DNA of 64,000 nucleotides from Clostridia bacterium (GTDB lineage Bacteria; Bacillota; Clostridia; Oscillospirales; CAG-272): NCBI GenBank assembly GCA_017462385.1, contig JAFTRE010000023.1, positions 6,265 to 70,264 of the forward strand, read 5' to 3'. Shown piece by piece: positions 38,999 to 46,217 of this stretch (position 1 is its first letter; each line of letters starts with the position of its first letter). The notes under the pieces were generated by a model. It saw only the letters and a program-made list of their open reading frames with translations, ran no database searches and was not told where the DNA came from. The position numbers and the translations under genes were made by a program.

Positions 38999-41002
38999 AT
39001 GAATACACAAAATAAATTTCTTCCCGTGTCGCGCGCCGATATGGAGGCGCTGGGCTGGGATACGCCCGATTTTGTCTATGTTTGCGGTGACGCATATGTC
39101 GATCACCCCTCGTTCGGCGCGGCCATAATCAGCCGGGTGCTTCAGAATGCGGGTTATCGCGTTGCCATGCTCGCACAGCCGGATTTTCACTCTGCCGACG
39201 ATTTTCGCCGTTTCGGCAGACCCCGCCTCGGCTTTCTCGTCAGCGCGGGCAATATCGACTCAATGGTCGCGCATTACAGTGTCGCGAAAAAGCGCCGCGG
39301 TTATGACTACTATTCGCCCGGTGGCAAAACAGGTCTGCGCCCCGACCGCGCTTGTATCGTTTATACCAACCGCATACGCGAGGCGTGGGGAGATGTTCCC
39401 GTAATACTGGGCGGGCTTGAAGCCTCGCTTCGCCGTTTTGCTCACTATGACTATTGGGATGACCGCGTCCGCACCTCAGTGCTTATCGATTCGGGCGCCG
39501 ATATGCTGACGTACGGCATGGGCGAGAAAATATTGCTTCGCATCGCCGAGCTGCTTGACCGTGGTGTGCCGATACATAAAATACGCGATGTGCGCGGAAC
39601 TGTCTGGATCGGCAAGCCCGAGGACAAGATACATTATCCTCTTGCGGCAACATACGATTTTGCAAAGCTGGCGAGTGACAAGAAATACTACGCCGAGGCG
39701 TTCGCCGTGCAGTATAAAAATCAGGATGCCATATACGGCAAGGCGATAGCCGAGCGCTACGGTAACCGTTTGCTGGTCGCAAATCCTCCCATGCCGCCGC
39801 TGGAGCGCGAGGAGCTTGACCGCGTTTACGACCTGCCCTATGTCCGCGACTATCACCCCATGTACAAGAGCATGGGCGGCGTGCCCGCCATCGAGGAGGT
39901 CAAATTCTCGGTGACGCATAACCGCGGCTGCTTCGGCGCGTGTAATTTCTGCGCGCTGGCGTTCCATCAAGGACGCGCGGTGCGTTCGCGAAGCATAGAG
40001 AGCTGTGTCAAGGAGGCCGAAAAGATCACAAAGCTTGACGGCTTTAAGGGATATATTCACGACGTCGGCGGGCCTACTGCCAACTTTCGCGGTCCTGCCT
40101 GCAAAAAGCAGCTGACGGCGGGCGTTTGCGCCGAACGGCGTTGTTTGGCGCCCACGCCGTGTAAGCAGCTTATAGTCGATCATTCGGAATATATTGAGCT
40201 TATACGCCGCATCGAGGCGGTGCCGGGGGTTAAGAGGGTGTTTATACGTTCGGGTATACGCTTTGATTACGTTATGGCGGATGAAAATGACGCTTTCTTC
40301 AAAAAACTGGTGCGGGATAACGTCAGCGGACAGCTCAAGGTCGCGCCCGAGCATTGCTCGGCGGGCGTGCTTGCTTGCATGGGTAAGCCCGACTTTTCGG
40401 TGTTCAACCGATTCCGCGCTAAGTATTTCAAGCTGAGCGCCGCGGCGGGTAAGGAGCAGTATCTGGTGCCGTATCTCATGTCCTCGCATCCGGGATCTAC
40501 GCTGAACGACGCCATCGAGCTTGCATATCAGCTCAAGCAGGATAAGGTTGCGCCCGAGCAGGTGCAGGACTTTTATCCAACACCCGGAACGGCATCGACG
40601 GTCATGTATTACACGGGTCACGACCCTTTCACGGGTAAGGCTGTTTACGTTGCGGACGAAAAGGAAAAAAGGCTTCAGCGCGCGCTTCTTCAGCCTACCA
40701 AGCCCGAAAACGCGGCACTTGTGCGCGAGGCGCTTCGCCGAGCGGGACGCGATGACCTTATCGGATACGATAAGGATTGCATAATCCGTCCCGATAAAAA
40801 CGATAAGACGTGGCAGCCGCAACAGGGGGCGGGACAGCGCCCGAGATCAGGTCAGGGACGCGGGCAGAGCAGAAACACCGCTTCAAGACAGGGTGGCAAA
40901 GGGGCAAAGCCTGCCGACCGCCGCGGCTCAAAGCCGCAGGCAAAGGCGGTTGGACGCAACAGCTCGCGGCCGAACACAAAAAACCAAAAACGGAAAAAAT
41001 AA
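38999..41002 (+). CDS. ygiQ: YgiQ family radical SAM protein
   Basis: Motifs GDAYVDHPSFG, RGCFGACNFC, DVGGPTAN, KVAPEH, QDFYPTP; basic low-complexity tail. Confidence 0.93.
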   Translation: MNTQNKFLPVSRADMEALGWDTPDFVYVCGDAYVDHPSFGAAIISRVLQNAGYRVAMLAQPDFHSADDFRRFGRPRLGFLVSAGNIDSMVAHYSVAKKRRGYDYYSPGGKTGLRPDRACIVYTNRIREAWGDVPVILGGLEASLRRFAHYDYWDDRVRTSVLIDSGADMLTYGMGEKILLRIAELLDRGVPIHKIRDVRGTVWIGKPEDKIHYPLAATYDFAKLASDKKYYAEAFAVQYKNQDAIYGKAIAERYGNRLLVANPPMPPLEREELDRVYDLPYVRDYHPMYKSMGGVPAIEEVKFSVTHNRGCFGACNFCALAFHQGRAVRSRSIESCVKEAEKITKLDGFKGYIHDVGGPTANFRGPACKKQLTAGVCAERRCLAPTPCKQLIVDHSEYIELIRRIEAVPGVKRVFIRSGIRFDYVMADENDAFFKKLVRDNVSGQLKVAPEHCSAGVLACMGKPDFSVFNRFRAKYFKLSAAAGKEQYLVPYLMSSHPGSTLNDAIELAYQLKQDKVAPEQVQDFYPTPGTASTVMYYTGHDPFTGKAVYVADEKEKRLQRALLQPTKPENAALVREALRRAGRDDLIGYDKDCIIRPDKNDKTWQPQQGAGQRPRSGQGRGQSRNTASRQGGKGAKPADRRGSKPQAKAVGRNSSRPNTKNQKRKK

Positions 41003-41004
41003 AA

Positions 41005-41045
41005 TATAAAAGCAGACAGCGGTTTGAATAGCTGTCTGCTTTTAT
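41005..41045. terminator. Bidirectional terminator
   Basis: ATAAAAGCAGACAGC..GCTGTCTGCTTTTAT. Confidence 0.75.
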
Positions 41046-41046
41046 A

Positions 41047-41133
41047 TTAGTGTTTTTTCTCCTTTTTGATGCCGAAAAACCGCCGCAGGACGGGTGCCAA
41101 AAAGGCGGGCGAGCGAACTATTACTATTTTCAT
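41047..41133 (-). CDS. spoVM: Stage V sporulation protein M (MKIVIVRSPAFLAPVLRRFFGIKKEKKH), absent from the ORF track
   Basis: GGAGG RBS; 28-aa amphipathic peptide with conserved Pro9; downstream of thiN as in Bacillus/Clostridium. Confidence 0.88.
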   Translation of the reverse strand: MKIVIVRSPAFLAPVLRRFFGIKKEKKH

Positions 41134-41190
41134 GACTACCTCCGCAGGTTTATTTGTTAACATTTTATGCCGTGCGGCGGCGTTTTGTCA

Positions 41191-41823
41191 TTACTGTTTT
41201 GCGTCTCTGCTCTCGACTATGAACAGCCCGCCCTTTTTGACCGAGACCAGCGCGCAGTTTTCGGTTATCTCGTTTGATACCGCGAACTGTAGCCGTGTTG
41301 TCAGCGTGGCGTTGCTCAGCGGATATTTGCAGCCCTCGACCGACACGCCCTTGACCTTTGCGTCGGCGGCGAGCAGTGAGAGATATTTGTAGCCCGAGCG
41401 GGGCAGCAGTGTGCTGGTGCTTTTGATATAGCGTATGCGATTGTCGCCGCTGAGTGCGATGGCGTGTATGCCGCGCTCGTAAAGGTCAACAAGTATACCC
41501 ATGACGGACAGCGTGTGGTCCAGTCTGCCGTCCAGTCCGCCGACAATGACTATGTCGTCAGCTCCACGTACTATTGCCGCCTCGACGGCAAGCTGTGTGT
41601 CGGTCAGATCCTTTTCGGGCGGGAAATTGAGCCGCTCGGCGCCTTCGGGTATATTTGTGTCGCCAAGTGAGTCCATGTCGCCTAACATTATGTCGACGCG
41701 CTCGCCAAGAAGCTTGGCGTTGCGAAGCCCCGAATCGGCGGCGATGGTGAGATCGCCCGACTTTGGATGTTCGGTTATATTGTCGGGCGAAATGCGGCCG
41801 CCCGCGTATATAAATGCTCTCAT
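41191..41823 (-). CDS. thiN: Thiamine pyrophosphokinase
   Basis: Motifs AADSG, GDMDS, EKDLTD, GRLDH, KYPL, VSNE. Confidence 0.95.
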   Translation of the reverse strand: MRAFIYAGGRISPDNITEHPKSGDLTIAADSGLRNAKLLGERVDIMLGDMDSLGDTNIPEGAERLNFPPEKDLTDTQLAVEAAIVRGADDIVIVGGLDGRLDHTLSVMGILVDLYERGIHAIALSGDNRIRYIKSTSTLLPRSGYKYLSLLAADAKVKGVSVEGCKYPLSNATLTTRLQFAVSNEITENCALVSVKKGGLFIVESRDAKQ

Positions 41824-41825
41824 TT

Positions 41826-42296
41826 TTATTGCTTATCCTCGAATATAGTTACATTCATGAATGTGCGGGCGTGACCGCTGCCGGCAAGCTCGGTGATATA
41901 GTCAAGCTCCAGTGTGCCGTCAATGTGCAGACGGTTGATGATAGTGCGGGTGAAAAGTTCCATGCGAAAGGGCATGATGGGGGTATGGTAGGTGCAGGTG
42001 TGGTGCAGACCGGGACTGAATACCATGGTGGTGGCGGCCTCACCGTCGCGGAACATGGTCAGCGTGTCGGGCTTTGTTTTGTCGAAGATCAGGTGTGTGG
42101 ACGAGCCCTCAAGCCCGGAAAGCTCACTCTCGTCATAGCAAATGTCTATTTTGTCTCCATCAACGGTCATGACAGCCTCGGTAAACATTTCGATGCGTTG
42201 CGGCTCGGCGTCTTTTTCAAATTTTGTTATTTTTGCCGTTGCGGCATCCACCTCATATCGGGTGGAGATCATTTTGAGTGTTATATCCTTTTTCAT
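41826..42296 (-). CDS. DUF1934 (YwiB-like) beta-barrel protein
   Basis: Pattern Y.ESE.SG.EG..T, R.G...T.M.F, C.Y.TP, LELDY. Confidence 0.8.
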   Translation of the reverse strand: MKKDITLKMISTRYEVDAATAKITKFEKDAEPQRIEMFTEAVMTVDGDKIDICYDESELSGLEGSSTHLIFDKTKPDTLTMFRDGEAATTMVFSPGLHHTCTYHTPIMPFRMELFTRTIINRLHIDGTLELDYITELAGSGHARTFMNVTIFEDKQ

Positions 42297-42441
42297 ACGT
42301 GCGTGTACCTTGTGCAATATTATTACCAATATTATATAACTTCGCGGGAGTGCTGTCAAGTCCCCAAAACATACTTGACAAGCAGGGCGGGGGAGAGTAT
42401 AATTATAATGAAAAAATATTTTTATAAGAGGTATTCAAAAA

Positions 42442-43722
42442 ATGGATCTTCAGAAAATACTCAATGACCTTAAGAATTGCCCTTGCGGCAAAGAGCATAC
42501 CATGGCTACCCGTGTGGTCGAGATCTCCAGCGGCGCTACCGCGCGCGTGGGTCAGATACTGACTGATGCAGGCTTCCCCAAAAAGCTGCTTTTGGTTGCA
42601 GACGAAAACACGCTCGGAGCATCCGCGGGCTTGCTTGAGTCGCTCAACGACGCCGGTTTTGAGACTAAAAAGATCATATACAAAAACATGATGTACGCAA
42701 AGGTCGAGCAGGTAAACGAGCTTAAGGCGCTGTGCTCGGATATCGATGGCATTATTTCGGTCGGTACAGGCTCGCTCAACGACATCTGCCGCGTCACCGC
42801 TTTTGACATGAAAAAACGTTTCTGCATTTTCGCTACCGCACCTTCGATGGACGGCTTCGCGTCCGATACCGCGCCCATCATCGAGAACAACTTCAAGAAT
42901 TCCTGGAAGGCCGAACAGCCAGAGGTCATTATCGCCGACACCAAAATACTCGCAAAGGCTCCTGTCGAGCTTAAAGCTGCGGGCTTTGGCGACATGGTCG
43001 CAAAATACATAGGCATTCTCGACTGGAGAATTGCCAATCTGCTCATCGATGAATATTACTGCCCCGCAGTTGCCGATATCACTATGCAGGGACTTAACAA
43101 GGTCGTCGCTCTTGCCGATAAGGTCACCGAGGAGGACGAGGCAGCCGCAGGCAGTATCATGGAGGGCTTGGTTCTGTCCGGCATTGGTATGAAGCTGGCT
43201 ATGTCCTCGCGTCCCGCGTCGGGCGCCGAGCACGTGGTTTCTCACTTCTGGGAGTGCTATAAGCTGGCTCGCGGTATTTGGCCCGAGTTCCACGGCAAAA
43301 AGGTCGGTGTGGCATCTGTGCTCATCAACCGCATCTACCGCAACATAGCCGACCGCGTGGTCGATGTCGATCCTATTGCCGATCCTACCGATTGGGATGA
43401 CGTTCGCGCACAGTTCTCGCCCGAGCAGATCCCCGAGCTTATGAAGCTCAACACACCTACCATCACCGATAAGATAGACCCCGCGCGTCTTAAGGCTTGC
43501 TGGCCCGAGATCCGCAGACTTATCAAGGAGATACTGCCCACAGACGAGCAGCTGATGAGCATGATGAAGGCTGCGGGCGCCGTTACCGAGCCCGAGGATG
43601 TTCATGTTTCGCCCGAGCTGCTCGTGACAGGTCTGCGCTACCACGCATATATGCGCTACAGAGTATTGTTGACAAGACTGATGCCCATGCTTCAGCTTGA
43701 TATCATGGATTTTCTGAACTGA
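42442..43722 (+). CDS. sn-glycerol-1-phosphate dehydrogenase (AraM/EgsA family)
   Basis: Motifs CPCGKEH, VGTGSLND, TAPSMDG, AGFGD, SRPASGAEH..SH, HG.KVG. Confidence 0.88.
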   Translation: MDLQKILNDLKNCPCGKEHTMATRVVEISSGATARVGQILTDAGFPKKLLLVADENTLGASAGLLESLNDAGFETKKIIYKNMMYAKVEQVNELKALCSDIDGIISVGTGSLNDICRVTAFDMKKRFCIFATAPSMDGFASDTAPIIENNFKNSWKAEQPEVIIADTKILAKAPVELKAAGFGDMVAKYIGILDWRIANLLIDEYYCPAVADITMQGLNKVVALADKVTEEDEAAAGSIMEGLVLSGIGMKLAMSSRPASGAEHVVSHFWECYKLARGIWPEFHGKKVGVASVLINRIYRNIADRVVDVDPIADPTDWDDVRAQFSPEQIPELMKLNTPTITDKIDPARLKACWPEIRRLIKEILPTDEQLMSMMKAAGAVTEPEDVHVSPELLVTGLRYHAYMRYRVLLTRLMPMLQLDIMDFLN

Positions 43723-43723
43723 A

Positions 43724-44152
43724 ATGAAAAATAAAAAACACAAAAAAGCATCCGGCGGGCTCGAGAGGGTCACACCGAGCGAAAAAAAACCGTTCAACTG
43801 GCGCCTTCTTCTAGTGCTGGCTTGCAACACGGTCATATTATTTTCTGTATACCGTGTGGCAATAACATTTCATTATTTTGAAATAGTGCTGGGCATTTAT
43901 CTGGCGGCAACGGCGGGTTTGACATTGGCTTATGTCATATACAATCGCGGATTTACCCGCCGCGGTGTCACCGCTGAGATGCTACCCGATACCATGTCCG
44001 CCGAGGAGAAATGCGAATTTATAGCCGACGGTGAACGCAGACTGAAAAAGTCCAAGTGGATGCTGACAATACTTATACCTCTTATCATCACGTTTACATA
44101 CGATCTTATGGAGCTGTTTTTGTTTGACCGCTTCGCAGGACTTTTCGGTTAA
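43724..44152 (+). CDS. Small membrane protein of unknown function
   Basis: Three hydrophobic segments; operonic between G1PDH and the MBL gene. Confidence 0.75.
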   Translation: MKNKKHKKASGGLERVTPSEKKPFNWRLLLVLACNTVILFSVYRVAITFHYFEIVLGIYLAATAGLTLAYVIYNRGFTRRGVTAEMLPDTMSAEEKCEFIADGERRLKKSKWMLTILIPLIITFTYDLMELFLFDRFAGLFG

Positions 44153-44168
44153 GTGAAAGAGGGGTCAA

Positions 44169-44945
44169 ATGTCTTATCATATCCGTTCGCTTTATTCGGG
44201 CTCTTCGGGTAATGCGGTGCTGCTGTCGGCGGCGGGAGTAAATATACTCATCGACGCCGGCAAAAGCGCCCGCTCGTTGTGTACGGCGCTTAACGCCGCA
44301 GGGGCCGATATCAAGGGCATAGATGCCATATTTATAACGCATGAGCACGCCGATCACACGGGTGCGCTCGAAATAATTTCAAAAAAATACAGCATTCCTG
44401 TGCATATGACGGCGGCAAGCGCCTCGGGTATGCACATGGGGGAATATCTGCGGGGAGCGGCGGTAATTCACACGCCGCTTTTCAATGTCAGCGTCGGCGC
44501 GCTGGAGGTGACATCCTTTACAACATCGCATGACAGCGCCTGTTGTGTGGGCTACAAGGTTGAGTTTGACGATGATGAGGGTCATCATGCCGTGGGGCTT
44601 GCGACCGATACAGGCTGTGTCACAGAGTCAATGCGGCAGTCGCTGACGGGCTGTGAGTCTGTGATACTGGAATGCAACCACGATCCCGATCTGCTCAGGT
44701 TTGGACCGTATCCTTATCAGCTCAAGCAGCGCATAGGCTCGCGTTACGGGCATTTGTCAAATGATGACTGTGCCGCCTTTGCCGCCTTGCTTGCCGAGTC
44801 GGGAACACGCCGCTTTTTGCTGGCCCACCTGAGCCGCGAGAACAACACGCCCACTCACGCGCTTGCCGCTGTCCGCGCCGCAGTGCCGGATGAGAGTATA
44901 GATATTCTGGTCGCGTCCCCCGACGTACCGGTGGAGTTGATATAG
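44169..44945 (+). CDS. MBL-fold hydrolase, YycJ/WalJ-like
   Basis: Motifs SGSSGN, IDAG, THEHADH, SHD, TDTG, ECNHD, GHLSN, HLS..NN. Confidence 0.9.
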   Translation: MSYHIRSLYSGSSGNAVLLSAAGVNILIDAGKSARSLCTALNAAGADIKGIDAIFITHEHADHTGALEIISKKYSIPVHMTAASASGMHMGEYLRGAAVIHTPLFNVSVGALEVTSFTTSHDSACCVGYKVEFDDDEGHHAVGLATDTGCVTESMRQSLTGCESVILECNHDPDLLRFGPYPYQLKQRIGSRYGHLSNDDCAAFAALLAESGTRRFLLAHLSRENNTPTHALAAVRAAVPDESIDILVASPDVPVELI

Positions 44946-44947
44946 TT

Positions 44948-45427
44948 ATGTTAAATGTAAAAATAATTTGCGTCGGAAGCCTCAAGGAGAGCTATCTGCG
45001 AGAGGCTGTGGCGGAATATTCAAAGCGGCTGTCGGGATTTTGCTCGCCCGAGGTGATAGAGCTGAAAGAGGCCAAAATACCCGACTCACCCTCCGTGTCT
45101 CAGATAAATGCGGCAATAGAGGACGAAGGAAAACGCATACTTGTAGCCATACCGCCCCGCGCGACGGTCGTGGCGCTGTGCGTCGAGGGTAAGCAACTCA
45201 GCTCGGAGCAGCTCGCCGAATATATCGAGGCGGCGTCAAGCATGGCGGGATGCCTTTGCTTTGTTATCGGAGGCTCGCACGGACTGGCCGAGGAGGTCAA
45301 ACGAGCGGCGGCACTGCGGCTGTCGTTTTCAAAGCTGACCTTTCCGCATCAGCTCATGCGCGTCATATTGCTTGAGGCGGTGTACCGCGGGTTTAATATA
45401 ATAAAAGGTACGAAATATCATAAATAG
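44948..45427 (+). CDS. rlmH: 23S rRNA pseudouridine-1915 N3-methyltransferase
   Basis: Motifs VGSLKE, EY.KRL, IGGSHG, TFPHQLMR, YHK. Confidence 0.96.
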   Translation: MLNVKIICVGSLKESYLREAVAEYSKRLSGFCSPEVIELKEAKIPDSPSVSQINAAIEDEGKRILVAIPPRATVVALCVEGKQLSSEQLAEYIEAASSMAGCLCFVIGGSHGLAEEVKRAAALRLSFSKLTFPHQLMRVILLEAVYRGFNIIKGTKYHK

Positions 45428-45432
45428 ACACC

Positions 45433-45476
45433 TAAACCAATGGTTTATTGACTTAATGGCGCAAATGCTGTATAAT
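45433..45476 (+). promoter_or_regulatory. Operator-like palindrome abutting a sigma-A promoter
   Basis: TAAACCA-A-TGGTTTA (45433-47) directly before TTGACT (45448-53), 17-bp spacer, TATAAT (45471-76). Confidence 0.65.
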
Positions 45477-45525
45477 GTTGACAGCGCGTGTGTGTGCGTA
45501 TATTAAACAGAAAGGAGGCGGTGAT

Positions 45526-45582
45526 ATGTTCGCAAACAAGCATATCGGATGTAAGGTCGCCCGCCTCGGCGGCGCCAAGTAA
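45526..45582 (+). CDS. Candidate 18-aa leader peptide MFANKHIGCKVARLGGAK
   Basis: Strong AAAGGAGG RBS; first ORF after the promoter. Confidence 0.5.
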   Translation: MFANKHIGCKVARLGGAK

Positions 45583-45689
45583 TTAGTTGCGGATTACCAA
45601 AACATTCGAGGAGCGGGCGCAGATGCTGGCGCCCGCTCCGAACCGAGTAGCCGAGGCAACTCCACCGTGGTTTCGGAAAGGGTGATAGT

Positions 45690-45908
45690 TTGCCACAACA
45701 ATTCGGTTTGGGTGATAATATTGCACGGTACAGGCGGCAGGCGGGTCTGACACAGGATGAGCTTGGTTCACGGTGTTGTGTCAGCGCGCAGGCGGTATCA
45801 AAATGGGAGCGATGCATTGCTTGCCCCGACGTGATGCTGCTGCCCGTTCTTGCCGAAGCACTCGGAGTGACGCTGGATGAGCTGTTCGCTCCGCCCACGC
45901 AAAAATGA
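45690..45908 (+). CDS. Stand-alone XRE-family HTH regulator
   Basis: NIARYRRQAGLTQDEL..VSAQAVSKWE..PD..LLP.LA.ALGVTLDELF; GAAAGGGTG RBS with TTG start. Confidence 0.88.
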   Translation: MPQQFGLGDNIARYRRQAGLTQDELGSRCCVSAQAVSKWERCIACPDVMLLPVLAEALGVTLDELFAPPTQK

Positions 45909-45918
45909 CAGAGGCTAT

Positions 45919-46074
45919 GCTTTGTGCCCGTCAGGGCACAAAGCAATGAATTGCCCCACGGGCATGAATTGCCTACGGCATGAAATAAAAGGGGCAATTC
46001 AATTCATGAAAGCTGTTGCTTTCAAATCATGAAGCCGTAAGGCTTCTATTCATGACGGCTTGCCGTCAGTTCAT
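45919..46074. repeat. Hairpin-ladder element D (leader hairpin + 3 ATGAAWT + 4 AATTCAT-like units)
   Basis: Leader GCTTTGTGCCC-GTCA-GGGCACAAAGC; ATGAATT at 45946 and 45964, ATGAAAT at 45980; reverse units at 46001, 46024, 46047, 46068; hairpin spacers. Confidence 0.85.
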
Positions 46075-46217
46075 TTATAGCGCTTGTCAAAAAGGGACAG
46101 AGAACGTAAAACATTCTCTGTCGTTTTTGTTTGTGTAAAGAGTTGATTTTTTCTTGACAAAATCGTGATATAATGTTATCATAAAATAAATCTGTTTCAA
46201 CAAGGAGAGTACACCAC

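Noticed and set aside
45400-46200. SCC-like integrated element at rlmH
   Set aside because: No recombinase gene and no convincing duplicate of the rlmH 3' end in the window.
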